From Candidatus Marinacidobacterales bacterium (GTDB taxonomy: Bacteria > Acidobacteriota > Vicinamibacteria > Marinacidobacterales > DATDRI01): a stretch of DNA of 64,000 bases. The stretch spans positions 448,001-512,000 of the forward strand of contig OZ245365.1 in NCBI GenBank assembly GCA_965226495.1. The letters are read 5' to 3'. Below, one piece after another: positions 38,905 to 49,561 of the stretch. The notes beneath the pieces were generated by a model, which had not been told where the DNA came from, ran no database searches, and saw nothing but the letters and a program-made list of their open reading frames with translations. Positions within the stretch are counted from its first letter, which is position 1; each line of letters starts with the position of its first letter. The position numbers and the translations under genes are program-made.

Positions 38905-39831
38905 ATGGCAGCTCAGAGAAAAGCGGAAAGCAAGGTTTTCAGTCTTGCGGAAAGAAAGCTTCTCGAGGAGAGCACCGAAACCAGAAATAAGGGGCCCAGA
39001 AAGTCTAAGAAGCGAACCGCGCCGTCGAAAAAGTCGCCAAGTAAGTACGGCTGGCAGTTTGTCGCGCTCGTTTGTGTTTCGCTTCTCCTTTTGACGACGA
39101 GCGTTTTGGCCCTGTACGCGTTTCATTGGGTTGCGACGCTAAGTGAAGAGACCGATCGGATGATGGCGCACGTAGAATCGAGAATGCAGAAGCTCGACTC
39201 GGCGGTCCGATTCGATTCCAAACGGCAGCAAATGTTGTTAGGGATCAGGGATGCGATCATGGAGTCCAATCCGAGGATCGGTCTCAATCAGGCCTACCAG
39301 TACTCCGACTGGATTCTCGGCGCCAGCGAAAAATATCCATCTTTGGACCCGCTCATGTTCCTCTCGATTGGCATTGTGGAGAGCGGATACAGGACTAACG
39401 CGGTCAGCGGTTCCGACGCCAAGGGCCTCTACCAGATTTGGCCATCCACCGGCAGAATGCTGGCAAGGGTCAGGGGCTGGGAATACACCGAGGACATGCT
39501 CTTCGACCCCGAGAAGAACACAGAGTTAGCCGCCCTCTACTTGGACATTCTTTTTTCCGCCTACAACGACGAACGACTGGTCCTCGCCGAATACAACGGT
39601 GGTCCTTTGAACGCCGGTTACTTTCGAGCTGGCAGTGGTCGCACCGCGACGGAAACCCGTCAGTACGTCGCCAAAGTCCTCGATGCTTACGAAGGGCTGA
39701 AGGAACGATTCGAGCGCGGATCCGATGTCAAGCTCGAGTTCATGCACAAAGACCGGGCTCGAGACAGTAAGCGCCTCTGGGTACCGCTCCGCGAGGTTCG
39801 ACCCGACACCTCGACCCAGGCCGGCAACTAG
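38905..39831 (+). CDS. membrane-anchored lytic transglycosylase (SLT domain)
   Basis: TM; IVESG, AKGLYQI, YNGG, ETRQYV motifs. Confidence 0.85.
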   Translation: MAAQRKAESKVFSLAERKLLEESTETRNKGPRKSKKRTAPSKKSPSKYGWQFVALVCVSLLLLTTSVLALYAFHWVATLSEETDRMMAHVESRMQKLDSAVRFDSKRQQMLLGIRDAIMESNPRIGLNQAYQYSDWILGASEKYPSLDPLMFLSIGIVESGYRTNAVSGSDAKGLYQIWPSTGRMLARVRGWEYTEDMLFDPEKNTELAALYLDILFSAYNDERLVLAEYNGGPLNAGYFRAGSGRTATETRQYVAKVLDAYEGLKERFERGSDVKLEFMHKDRARDSKRLWVPLREVRPDTSTQAGN

Positions 39832-39895
39832 GTTCGTTCCAACCAATCTCGCCAGGCACGACCTGGCAGCGCCGAGAGTGAGTTCGGCTGATCTG

Positions 39896-39933
39896 CCCCC
39901 TCACCCTACCCTCTCCCCCAAAGGGGGCGAGGG
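39896..39933. repeat. REP-like element (CCCTCACCC..CCCTCTCCC family)
   Basis: CCCCCTCACCCTACCCTCTCCCCCAAAGGGGGCGAGGG. Confidence 0.7.
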
Positions 39934-40070
39934 AATGAAGGAACAAGAGCTTTCATTTCGCCGAGTGGTGTTCTCATCACCTCGGGGGTACAATCACGTC
40001 CAAAACCGGATCTCGATTGCCGGGGATTTTCCTGCCTTGAGGGCGGCAGAGTGTCTCCAGAGGGTGCCGA

Positions 40071-41282
40071 ATGAGCGATTTCTACCAGACCGGTGTCGTG
40101 ACGACGCTGCACCGGCTCGGGCCTCCCAACGTAGAGCGGCTAGAGCGGGAGTTGGTCCCGCTCGTCCGGGAGCGGCCGGTGGCGCTCGTCCTGCCTTCAC
40201 TCTTCAGCGAGCTCGAAGGCCCCGCCCTCGGACATATTGTGGACGAGGTGTCCAAAGTCCCCTACGTTCACCAGATCGTGATCAGCCTAGACCGGGCCGA
40301 CCGCCGGCAGTTCGAGCGCGCCCGAGAGTTCTTCAGCCGCTTGCCGCAGGAGCACCGCATCATCTGGAACGACGGGCCCCGCATGCAGAGTCTCTTCGAG
40401 CTGCTCTCCAAGCATGAGCTGACGATTGGCGAGCAGGGGAAGGGACGAGGGACTTGGTTGGCCTACGGCTACATCCTTGCTCGTGGCCAAGCCGAGGTCA
40501 TCGCGCTTCACGACTGCGATATTGTGTCGTACGACCGTGAGATGCTCGCACGCCTCGTTTTTCCTGTGGTCAACCCTAATTTCGACTACCGTTTCTGCAA
40601 GGGCTTTTACAGTCGGATCACCAACCGCATGCACGGTCGCGTGACACGGCTCATGATGACGCCCCTCATCAGGGGGCTGCAGGGGATCGTGGGACCCTTG
40701 GCGATTCTCGACTACCTGGACAGCTTCCGCTACATCCTCGCCGGTGAGTTCTCGATGGATGCCGACCTCGCGCGGGTGAACCGCATCCCATCCGACTGGG
40801 GGCTGGAGGTCGGCATGTTGGCGGAGGTGTTTCGGAACGTTGCGGTGCAGCGGGTTTGTCAGGTCGATATAGCCGGCCACTACGAGCACAAGCACCAGCC
40901 CCTATCGGAGCAAGATCCCGATGCAGGCCTCAAGAAGATGGCGATCGATATTTCGAAATCTTTGTTCCGCACGCTTGCCGCGGAAGGGGTCATACTCTCC
41001 GAGGGTTTGTTTCGCACCCTTTGGGCAAGCTACCAGCGGACCGCCGAGGACACCATCGAGCGTTTCCACGCCGACGCCGCTATCAACGGCCTCGAGTTCG
41101 ATCGCGACGACGAAGAAAAAGCCGTCGAAACGTTCGCACACGCCATGCAAATTGCTGGCGAGCAATTTCTGAACGATCCCCTTCGCACTCCACTCATCCC
41201 CACCTGGAACCGCGTCACCGCCGCGATCCCGGGCTTCCTCTCTAACATGCTAGAGGCGGTCGAGAGCGACAATAAGAGCTGA
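40071..41282 (+). CDS. gpgS: glucosyl-3-phosphoglycerate synthase-like glycosyltransferase
   Basis: MSDFYQTG..TTLH, GKGR, HDCDI, KGFY.R, GRVTRL, LAGEF, DWGLEVG, YEHKHQ motifs. Confidence 0.7.
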   Translation: MSDFYQTGVVTTLHRLGPPNVERLERELVPLVRERPVALVLPSLFSELEGPALGHIVDEVSKVPYVHQIVISLDRADRRQFERAREFFSRLPQEHRIIWNDGPRMQSLFELLSKHELTIGEQGKGRGTWLAYGYILARGQAEVIALHDCDIVSYDREMLARLVFPVVNPNFDYRFCKGFYSRITNRMHGRVTRLMMTPLIRGLQGIVGPLAILDYLDSFRYILAGEFSMDADLARVNRIPSDWGLEVGMLAEVFRNVAVQRVCQVDIAGHYEHKHQPLSEQDPDAGLKKMAIDISKSLFRTLAAEGVILSEGLFRTLWASYQRTAEDTIERFHADAAINGLEFDRDDEEKAVETFAHAMQIAGEQFLNDPLRTPLIPTWNRVTAAIPGFLSNMLEAVESDNKS

Positions 41283-41311
41283 GGACCCTAAGGCTCACTC
41301 GGCTTACGGAT

Positions 41312-42109
41312 TCAAGGCACTAGCCAGCCGCGCCGGCCGTAGACCCAAAGGCCGACGATCTCATGCAGGATGGGCCCGAAGGATTCGAGTCGTTCGTCGG
41401 GTTTTTCGAGCGTTTCCAAGTCGAAGTCCATCTCGATCGATGGGTAGCAAACGACTTCCATTCCCTCTTTCTCGAAAGCCGCGCAGGCGCGCCGCGAGTG
41501 GACGGGAGACGTCACGACCAGTATGCGCTTCCAATCTCGGTCTCGATAAAGACCGCCTACCAAGACCGCTTCGCTCCGGGTGCTCTCGCCCTCGCCGACC
41601 GAGAGGATCGGCTGCTCCATTCCCAGGCCGTCCATGATTCTCCGGCAAGCCTCTGAGTGCGAAGGGTAGGGAGGTGGAAGCTCGGAAACGGCCAACACCG
41701 GAGCCATTCCCTGTTGGAGCAGTTCGAGCCCGCCGAGCAGCCGGCTCGTGGCTTCCCCGGTTGGCTCGCCATCCTTCTGCACACTGGAACCAAGGATGTA
41801 GGCGGCGTCGGCAGGTTGAAGCGGGTCGCGGCGCGTCAAGTCTTTCGCTAGCCAGGGGCAAATAGGCGTAAAGGCAACTGCGAGCCACAGCGTGCCGAGT
41901 GCCACCACGCCCACGCCCAGTAGCCAGCGTAGTCGTGTGCCCCAAATAGCGGCTCCAGCGATCGCAGCTCCCACGACCCAAGGAGCGCGGTCGTCCCAAT
42001 AAGAGATGAGAGAAAGGAGGTTCAGCTCCTTGGCCAAAAGGCCTAGTAGGGCACCCAAGGCGAAGCCAACGCCGATCCCTGTGATTGTTGTCGCGCGCTC
42101 TGTTGTCAT
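41312..42109 (-). CDS. YdcF/DUF218 family membrane protein
   Basis: TMs, ILGS, STRSEA, LVVTSPVHSRRA, HEIVG; start reassigned to ATG 42109. Confidence 0.85.
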   Translation of the reverse strand: MTTERATTITGIGVGFALGALLGLLAKELNLLSLISYWDDRAPWVVGAAIAGAAIWGTRLRWLLGVGVVALGTLWLAVAFTPICPWLAKDLTRRDPLQPADAAYILGSSVQKDGEPTGEATSRLLGGLELLQQGMAPVLAVSELPPPYPSHSEACRRIMDGLGMEQPILSVGEGESTRSEAVLVGGLYRDRDWKRILVVTSPVHSRRACAAFEKEGMEVVCYPSIEMDFDLETLEKPDERLESFGPILHEIVGLWVYGRRGWLVP

Positions 42110-42111
42110 TG

Positions 42112-43296
42112 TCAGATCGCGGCCACGGTTGCCTCGACGCGCCCCAGCGTGCGCCGAATACCTCGTTCGAAGATCTTGGTCGGCGGCAAGAGGCTCACCA
42201 CGAAGAACGCGTCGGTGGAGAAGTCGAACAAATGTCCGGGATAGACAAGAGTATCGTCGTAACGGAGAAACGCGAGCGCCCACTCTTCGGAGCTCTGAAC
42301 CTCGGGACAGCGCAGGACCGCGTACCAACCTCCTTCCGTCGGTAGTGCTTCGAGCGGTGAGAGGGTGGGGATGGCACTCCTGAGGAGCTCGCTGTTCTCG
42401 ACGAGGCGTTCCCGGATCACAGTCTGCAAGGAAGGAGCCAGGTCGAGCAGTTTTGCCGCGGCGTGTTGGACTTGAGCGCCTACGGAAAGAAACACATCAC
42501 CCACTTGTTCCAACCGCGCCAAAGTCTCGCGCCTCTTGTCTTCGGGACCGCCGGTCCAAATCCAAGCGAGCTTCATTTGCGGGAGCGCGGCGATCTTGGA
42601 GAGTCCGCTCAGGACGAAAGTCAACACATTGTTCGTTCCGACGAATGTGGAAGCACGATCCGGATCTTCTCCAAAACCATAGTCCGCGAAGACCTCATCG
42701 ACGACGAGTGCGACGTCATGCTCGCCGCACAGTGCGGTGAGCGCGGCGATCTCGGCCTGCTTCACATAGGAGCCGGTGGGGTTGTTCGGATGAACGAGTA
42801 GCAGCGCCCGGGTCCGGGGCCCCAGCTTGCTCCGAATCGTTTCGAGGTCGATGCTCCAGGAACCATCGTAGACGAGAGAGTACGAATCCGTTTCGACCGA
42901 TTCGAGGCTCGCGAGATAGTCGAAAAGGGGATAGCTGGGTCGGGGCAGGAGCACTCGATCACCCGGATCGCAGAGCACCTTGAAGAGGAAACTGTACGCC
43001 TCGCTGGTACTGGCGGTGAGGGCGACGTGCTCTGGAGAGACGATTTGCCCGCGCCGCGCGTAGTATCCGGCCACCGCCTCCCGCGCGGTGGGGAGGCCGA
43101 GGGGGGCCGGTTCGTAAGCCAATGCCCGGGGGTCGTTCAGGCTGGCCAGGATCGCATCAGACGGGTAGTCGAATCCCGCTCGTGTGGGGTTCGACTCCGT
43201 GAGGTCGAGAATCTCTGCCGCCGCACGCCGCTTTTCCTCTAGCAGAAGGGTCAGCCGGTTCGAGGCGAAGCTCCAACTCAATCGCCGGGAAAACAT
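42112..43296 (-). CDS. PLP-dependent aminotransferase class I/II
   Basis: LTESNPT, PSYPLF, PNNPTG, DEVF, SGLSK..LPQMKL. Confidence 0.9.
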   Translation of the reverse strand: MFSRRLSWSFASNRLTLLLEEKRRAAAEILDLTESNPTRAGFDYPSDAILASLNDPRALAYEPAPLGLPTAREAVAGYYARRGQIVSPEHVALTASTSEAYSFLFKVLCDPGDRVLLPRPSYPLFDYLASLESVETDSYSLVYDGSWSIDLETIRSKLGPRTRALLLVHPNNPTGSYVKQAEIAALTALCGEHDVALVVDEVFADYGFGEDPDRASTFVGTNNVLTFVLSGLSKIAALPQMKLAWIWTGGPEDKRRETLARLEQVGDVFLSVGAQVQHAAAKLLDLAPSLQTVIRERLVENSELLRSAIPTLSPLEALPTEGGWYAVLRCPEVQSSEEWALAFLRYDDTLVYPGHLFDFSTDAFFVVSLLPPTKIFERGIRRTLGRVEATVAAI

Positions 43297-43329
43297 CCGA
43301 GACAGGATAGCACTTCGGCGCCCGCGCTC

Positions 43330-46300
43330 TCATGAGCTCGTGGTCACGGTGCGCGCCAGGTAGTCGCGTGCTTCTTGAAGCTCGGGAAGCCCGGGATCGG
43401 CATCCTTCCAAAGACTCAGGAATCGCTCGTATTCGGCGCGCGCCGCGACCGTGTCCCCGTTCTCCGCCAGCAGGCGAGCCAACTCCAACACGTAGCGAGG
43501 CTCGAGCATAGGGGTGAACTTGGAGGCGATATGAGGTTTGAGGAGCTTGCGGTAGATATCGATCGCCCCCTCGATGTCTCCCCGCGCCCTCCTTACTCGG
43601 GCCAGGCCGTCGCGGAGAGGGGGATTGTTGGCCGCCAGGCTCTGGACCGGCTGCGTCATGTGCAGGTGCATCTTGATTTCTGGCTCACCGGCAAGAAAAG
43701 CCTGTTCGGCGGCAGCGACATCTCCCGCCGCCAGCGCAATCTCTCCTTCGAGCGCGTGATAAGCCCACCTTTGTAAATCCCTGGCAGCATCGTGGTCGGC
43801 TTTCTGAGCTCCCAGCCGAGTGCGAGCCGCCTCGAGATTTCCTGAGCGCGCCTCCGCCGTTCCCGCCAGCAGGTCCACGAACAGTGATTGCGCTTTTCTC
43901 TGGCCTTCGTTCTCTAGCTTCGGGAGGTGCTGTCGCGCCTGCTCGGTGATCTCTACCACCTCGGGATAATCTTCTCTTTCCAGGGCCAGGGCGGCCGACA
44001 GGAGCTCGAGCGGAATAGCCACACCGAACTGTTCCAGGTCCACTGCCAGCCCAGTATTCTCGCGAATGACCTTTTCTGCTTCCTGGTTGCGACCGGTTCG
44101 AGAGAGGAGATATGCGGTCACGAACTCTCTCGAAGGTTTCAAGTTCTGAAAGCCCGCCTCGTCGATCGCCTTTTGTACCTGGGCCATTTCATTGATGGCC
44201 TCATCGTAGCGACCCAGCATCGCGAGGCCCCAAGCCCTGCCGCTATTGGCGTTGAAGAACGAGGGGTCGACCTCGAGAGCTCGCTGGTAGTTGTCGAGCG
44301 ACTTCTGCGGCTCGGCGGTAAAAAGATACGCTTCGCCCATGCTGTCGAAGGGGTTGGGCTCTTCGGGGTTGATCTCGGCGTACGTTTCCAGCTCTCGGAA
44401 GGCTTCTGGATAGCGGCCCTGGTAGAGCAAGTAGTACCCGTATTGATTGTGAAGCGCTCCGGCGCGCGGTACATTCGCCGTTCCCTGCGATAGGGTCGCC
44501 AAAGCCTCTTCCGGCTGATTGAGCGGACCCTCGTAAATGATGGAAAGAGTGAGATAGGCATCTTCCTCGTCGGGATAACGGGCGACAAGGTCCTCCAGAA
44601 TATCCCGAGCTTTCTCGGGATCTTGCTCACTCTGCCAGGCATAGGTCGCTTCGATGAGCAGACGACGCCTTTCCGGCAAACGGTCGACGTGTTCGCGCAC
44701 CTTGGCACGGTATCCTTCTTGTACCGAATCGTCGGCCCAGAGGCCCGAGATGTTGGAGAGCTCGAAGTAGCCCAGCGCGAACTGAGGATCGATCTGGATC
44801 GCCTTTTCCAGATGCTCTCGAGCGTCCGCCCAACGGAAGAGTCGGATGGCCTCCCGACCTTCGGTGTAAAGCCGATAGGCTTCCAGTGAAGCGGTCGTCA
44901 CCTCGGCGATACCCCGCTCGAGCGGAGCGTCCGTCATGTTCAAGCTGGCTCGGATACGACCGGTCAGCTCATCCACCAGCGGAAAGACGTCGTCTCCTCT
45001 CACACTGTGCGCCGACAGAATTCTTCCACTTCCGACGTCCTCGACTTGGACGTCGATACGGATTTCATCGCCGAGCTTGTAGATGCTCCCGCTGACGACG
45101 GCCCCCGCCCCGGCTCGCCGGGCGATCTCCGGTACCAGGCTGGCGTCGAGCGCGCCGAGCTGTTCCTCTCCGACTTGCATGAGGAGCTCCTGAATCCGCT
45201 GCCGGCTCACGACGTCGAGACCGGGCGTCCGCGCCAGATCGGTCAGCAACATGTTCGGCAGCCCTTTAGAGAGCCAGCGGATCTCCTCCGAGCCGGTGTT
45301 GTCCTCGAAGTACATCACGGCGATGGCGGGTCGGCCCGAGGCTCCGATACCGGTGGGCTCAGAGCTCCGCGACACAAAATAAATCGACAGGGTGGCGAGG
45401 ACAATCGCACTCACCGCGACAAAGGCGGCGCGAATCTCCTTCGGCAATCTGAGGGCAAAAGCCGGCCGAGTCCCACTTCCCAAACGGTCACGAACTTCGC
45501 GAAGCTCCTGAGCAACGTCTCTCATCCGTTGATAGCGGCTGTCGGGCTCCTTGCTCAGAGACGTTCGCAAGATGCGAGGAAGTTCGGGAACGAGAGAGGT
45601 GATGTCGTCGGGGAGGGGAGCCGGACTTTCTTTCAGAATGGCGCTCAAAGTCTCCGCCACGCTGGCTCTCTTGAACGGTGGCTCGCCCGCCAGCATCTCG
45701 TGGAAGACAACCCCAAAGGAAAAGACATCGGTCCGCGCATCGACGGCTTTGGCTCGCGCCTGCTCGGGCGACATGTAGGCCACGGTTCCGAGGACCAGGC
45801 CGTCTTGGGTCCGGACGAGAGTCTCCGCTTCGTGCTCGACGGTATTGCCATCCGGCGACGGAACCGGCTCGCCCAGTTTGGCTAGACCGAAGTCGATGAT
45901 CTTGGCGTAGCCGTCCTCCGATAGAAGAACATTCTCCGGCTTCAAGTCGCGATGAACGACGCCTCGCTCATGCGCTTTGGCGAGCCCCTCGGCGATTTGA
46001 TGCGCTAGCTCGAGCGACTTCCGAAGACGTAGCTTTCCATCGCGGATCGCGTCACGGAGGCTCTCACCCCGCACGTACTCCATCGCGATGAACGTATGCC
46101 CATCGACTTCGTCGATATCGTAAATCGCCGCGATGTTGGGATGCTCCATCGCCGCCGCGGCCCGCGCCTCCTGCATGAAGCGTTGCCGTCGTGATTCGTC
46201 TTTAGTGAGCTCGATGGGAAGGAACTTGAGAGCGACTTTACGCTGAAGCTTCGTATCCTCGGCGAGATAGACTGCCCCCATTCCGCCCTCGCCTAGTTTC

Positions 46301-46338
46301 TCGAGGATTTGGTAGTGACTGACGGTTTTTCCGAGCAT
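43330..46338 (-). CDS. Ser/Thr kinase-TM-TolB_N/FlgO-like-TPR receptor-like protein (array copy 1)
   Basis: GEGGMG, VALK, HRDLKPEN, DFG, YMSPE; single TM; IAVMYFE..GLPNML; TPRs; FLSLWKDADP C-terminus. Confidence 0.9.
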   Translation of the reverse strand: MLGKTVSHYQILEKLGEGGMGAVYLAEDTKLQRKVALKFLPIELTKDESRRQRFMQEARAAAAMEHPNIAAIYDIDEVDGHTFIAMEYVRGESLRDAIRDGKLRLRKSLELAHQIAEGLAKAHERGVVHRDLKPENVLLSEDGYAKIIDFGLAKLGEPVPSPDGNTVEHEAETLVRTQDGLVLGTVAYMSPEQARAKAVDARTDVFSFGVVFHEMLAGEPPFKRASVAETLSAILKESPAPLPDDITSLVPELPRILRTSLSKEPDSRYQRMRDVAQELREVRDRLGSGTRPAFALRLPKEIRAAFVAVSAIVLATLSIYFVSRSSEPTGIGASGRPAIAVMYFEDNTGSEEIRWLSKGLPNMLLTDLARTPGLDVVSRQRIQELLMQVGEEQLGALDASLVPEIARRAGAGAVVSGSIYKLGDEIRIDVQVEDVGSGRILSAHSVRGDDVFPLVDELTGRIRASLNMTDAPLERGIAEVTTASLEAYRLYTEGREAIRLFRWADAREHLEKAIQIDPQFALGYFELSNISGLWADDSVQEGYRAKVREHVDRLPERRRLLIEATYAWQSEQDPEKARDILEDLVARYPDEEDAYLTLSIIYEGPLNQPEEALATLSQGTANVPRAGALHNQYGYYLLYQGRYPEAFRELETYAEINPEEPNPFDSMGEAYLFTAEPQKSLDNYQRALEVDPSFFNANSGRAWGLAMLGRYDEAINEMAQVQKAIDEAGFQNLKPSREFVTAYLLSRTGRNQEAEKVIRENTGLAVDLEQFGVAIPLELLSAALALEREDYPEVVEITEQARQHLPKLENEGQRKAQSLFVDLLAGTAEARSGNLEAARTRLGAQKADHDAARDLQRWAYHALEGEIALAAGDVAAAEQAFLAGEPEIKMHLHMTQPVQSLAANNPPLRDGLARVRRARGDIEGAIDIYRKLLKPHIASKFTPMLEPRYVLELARLLAENGDTVAARAEYERFLSLWKDADPGLPELQEARDYLARTVTTSS

Positions 46339-46444
46339 ACGGGGGCCTCTGACCACGTCCGGACCGTGGCACTCCCATTATAGAAATGTGCTTCCCACCT
46401 ATCAAGGAAAGCTGTTCGCGATTATGCGATCCAGAAGGTTGGAG

Positions 46445-49420
46445 TCAGCTGGCGAGATAGGACTGGGCTTCTTGGAGCTCGGGAAGCCCTTGGTCGGCGT
46501 CCTTCCATAAATCCAGGAAACGCTGGTACTCCTGGCGCGCGGCGCCGGTATCTCCTGATTTCTCGAGCAAACGCGCCAACTCCAGCACGTAGCGCGGCTC
46601 GAGCGCGGCCGTCCACTTGGAATCGATGCCTGGAACGAGGAGATTCCGGTAGATCTCGATGGCTCCGGCTAAATCTCCCTGGATTTCCTTGATACGGGCT
46701 CGAGCGTCGCGGAAGGGGAGGTTGTTCGCGAAAGCGGACCAACTACCTTGGCTGTTGCTGAACCATGCTTTGTGCTCCGGCAAACCGGCGACGAAAGCCG
46801 TTTCCGCGGCCTCGAGATCTCCGGCGGCGATGTCGATCTCTGCCTCGAGCGCATAGAGCCACCAGTCTCCAAAGACATCGTTGGGATTGTGGATCTCCTT
46901 CTGAGCCTCGTGGTGCGCCCGGGCGGCATCGAGTCTACCCAATCGGGTTTCGGCCACACCCGCCAGGAGGTGTGCCAATACCGCCCCCCGGCTCTTCAGA
47001 TACTCATCGGGCAAGCCTTCCTTGGCCTGGCTCAAGCTCTCGAGCGCCAGCTCGTAGTCGCCTTGCTCGATCGCCACCTGAGCGGCCAGCAATAGAAGTT
47101 GGGCACGAAGATTCTTCTGCCCTTCCTCCTGCGCCTGCTCGATCCCTTTGCGCAGACGCTCTTCCGCTTCGGCGTAACGCCCGATCCGGGACAACGCGAA
47201 CGCCCAGCCGAACTGGTTTCCTGCGGTCGGCAGACCGCTATCGGTAATGACGCTCTCGTTCTCGGTCAGCTCTTCGAGGGCGTCATCGTAGCGGCCGAGG
47301 ATCGCGAAGGCCCAAGCGCGACCTCCGTGCGAGGCGAAAAAGGTCGGGTCCACCTCGAGCGCGCGTGTGTATTCTTCGGCCGCTTTCAGGGGCTGGCCGC
47401 TGATCAAATAAGCCTCTGCCAAGCTGTCGTGGGGATTGGGTTCGTTTGGCTTCAACCGCGCATAGGTCTCGAATTGATGGATAGCCTCCTCGTGACGGCC
47501 TGTCCCCAAAAGGTGGTAGCCATACTGGTTGCGAAGAAGACCCGAGTCGGGGACCGCGGCGACGCCGCGTTCGAGCGCGGCGCCATATTTCTCGGTCTGA
47601 TTTCCCTCTCCGTAGAGCTCGGCCAGCAGGAAGTACGCTTCCTCCTCATCTGGATAGCGAGCGAGCAATGTTTCCAGGAGCTCTTCGGCTTTCTCGGGAT
47701 CTTTGTCCTCTTGGACCGCTTTGGCGGCATCAACCAGCAGCCTTTTCCGTTCCGGCAGCCGATCCATGTACTCGAGAACCTTGCGACGGTACTCGTCGTT
47801 CGAGCCCGACTCGCCCACGCGCTCCGGAGTCTTCGCGAGCTCGTAGTAGGCCATCGCAAAAGCGGGGTCGATCTCGATCGCTTTCTCGAGCAGGTCCCGA
47901 GCATCCACCCGACGCAGGTTTCTTCGGGCTTCGACGCCCTCGGAGTACAAGCGGTAGGCCTCGAGAGACGCCGTCGTCACCTCGGCGATGCCGCGGCCGA
48001 CTGGCGCGTCGGTCATGTCGAGACTGCGGCGAATCTGTCCCGAGAGCTCGTCGACAAGTGGGAAGACGTCGTTTCCTCTTACGCTGTGCGCGGACAAGAT
48101 CCGGCCGCTCCCGACGTCTTCCACCTGGACGTCGATGCGGATGTCGTCGCCTACCTTATATATACTCCCTCCGACGACCGCTCCCGCCCCCGCCTGGCGA
48201 GCGACCTCGGGTATCAAGCTGGCATCGATCGCTTCCAGGTCGTCCTGTCCCACTTGCTTCAGGATCTCTAGGATGCGCTGACGGCTCACCACGTCCAGAC
48301 CGGGCGTTTGCGCGAGATCTGTGAGGAGCATGTTGGGGAGCCCTTTTGAGAGCCATCGGATTTCTTCCGAGCCGGTGTTGTCTTCGAAATACATCACCGC
48401 GATGGCCGGCCGGCCCGCGGCTCCGATGCCTCGCGGGGTATTATCACGAAGCAGCAACCAGGATACGGCTGCCAGGGCGACCGCAACCACGGCCAGCGCC
48501 GCGACCTGAAGCCACTTCGGTAGCCTCAACCCGCCGAGCGCGGGATGTACTCCGCTCCCCAATTCCTCCCGGATCTCTTTGAGGTGGGCGGCGAGATCCT
48601 TCATCTGTGCGTATCGGCTTTCGGGATCCTTCGCCAGCGATTTTTTCAGGACCGGTTGAAGCTCCGGCGCGGTCCCGGTGACCTCTGCAGGCAGTGCCGG
48701 TGGGCTCTCCTTCAGGATGGCGCTCAAAGTTTCGGCGACGCTCCCGCGATTGAACGGTGCCTTTCCGGTCAGCATCTCCTGGAGCACGACCCCAAGCGAA
48801 AAGATGTCGGTTCGAGCGTCGACCGGATTGGCGCGCGCCTGCTCCGGGGACATATACGCGATCGTCCCGAGGACAAGGCCTTCCTGGGTCTTGACCAGTG
48901 TCTCGGCGTCATGGCCCACTTCAGGCTCGCCACCGGGAGTCGAGTGCGGCCCTGCCAGCTTGGCGAGGCCGAAGTCGATGATCTTGGCGAAGCCATCTTC
49001 CGAGAGGAGGACGTTTTCCGGCTTGAGGTCGCGGTGAATGACGCCCCGTTCGTGAGCCTTGGCCAGCCCGTCGGCCATCTGGCTGCCGAGCTCCAGGGCC
49101 CGGCGAACACTGAGATGGCCCTCGCGGATAACCTGGCGGAGACTCTTGCCCCGCACGAACTCCATGGCGATGAAGGTCCGGCCGTCGATCTCGTCGATGT
49201 CGTAGATGGCGGCGATGTTGGGGTGCTCCATGGACGCCGCGGCCCGTGCTTCCTGGATGAAGCGCTGCTTCCGGGACTCGTCCTTGGTGAGATCGGACGG
49301 GAGGAACTTGAGGGCGACCCTCCTCTGGAGCTTGGTATCCTCGGCCAGGAAGATCTCTCCCATACCGCCTTCGCCGATTTTCTCCAGAATCTTGTAGTGG
49401 AGGACGGTAGTCCCTATCAT
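46445..49420 (-). CDS. Ser/Thr kinase-TM-TolB_N-like-TPR protein (array copy 2)
   Basis: Same architecture and motifs as copy 1. Confidence 0.9.
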   Translation of the reverse strand: MIGTTVLHYKILEKIGEGGMGEIFLAEDTKLQRRVALKFLPSDLTKDESRKQRFIQEARAAASMEHPNIAAIYDIDEIDGRTFIAMEFVRGKSLRQVIREGHLSVRRALELGSQMADGLAKAHERGVIHRDLKPENVLLSEDGFAKIIDFGLAKLAGPHSTPGGEPEVGHDAETLVKTQEGLVLGTIAYMSPEQARANPVDARTDIFSLGVVLQEMLTGKAPFNRGSVAETLSAILKESPPALPAEVTGTAPELQPVLKKSLAKDPESRYAQMKDLAAHLKEIREELGSGVHPALGGLRLPKWLQVAALAVVAVALAAVSWLLLRDNTPRGIGAAGRPAIAVMYFEDNTGSEEIRWLSKGLPNMLLTDLAQTPGLDVVSRQRILEILKQVGQDDLEAIDASLIPEVARQAGAGAVVGGSIYKVGDDIRIDVQVEDVGSGRILSAHSVRGNDVFPLVDELSGQIRRSLDMTDAPVGRGIAEVTTASLEAYRLYSEGVEARRNLRRVDARDLLEKAIEIDPAFAMAYYELAKTPERVGESGSNDEYRRKVLEYMDRLPERKRLLVDAAKAVQEDKDPEKAEELLETLLARYPDEEEAYFLLAELYGEGNQTEKYGAALERGVAAVPDSGLLRNQYGYHLLGTGRHEEAIHQFETYARLKPNEPNPHDSLAEAYLISGQPLKAAEEYTRALEVDPTFFASHGGRAWAFAILGRYDDALEELTENESVITDSGLPTAGNQFGWAFALSRIGRYAEAEERLRKGIEQAQEEGQKNLRAQLLLLAAQVAIEQGDYELALESLSQAKEGLPDEYLKSRGAVLAHLLAGVAETRLGRLDAARAHHEAQKEIHNPNDVFGDWWLYALEAEIDIAAGDLEAAETAFVAGLPEHKAWFSNSQGSWSAFANNLPFRDARARIKEIQGDLAGAIEIYRNLLVPGIDSKWTAALEPRYVLELARLLEKSGDTGAARQEYQRFLDLWKDADQGLPELQEAQSYLAS

Positions 49421-49487
49421 CGCCGCAGAATACCTCCCCAATAGATACGGATCCAGGCCCAGTGTGGTTCCCTGGGTGGTACCAAAT

Positions 49488-49543
49488 GCACATTTTTAGA
49501 TCAGACCCCACCGATAGGACTGGGGTCTGATCTAAAAATGTGC
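49488..49543. repeat. perfect 23-bp inverted repeat (REP-like or terminator)
   Basis: GCACATTTTTAGATCAGACCCCA-10 nt-TGGGGTCTGATCTAAAAATGTGC. Confidence 0.85.
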
Positions 49544-49561
49544 GGAGCCAGAACCCCGTTT

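Noticed and set aside
47099-48271. Long antisense ORFs (also 33161-34249, 61719-62699, 8068-8949 and others)
   Set aside because: Shadow ORFs opposite well-supported genes in GC-rich DNA, with no recognisable motifs
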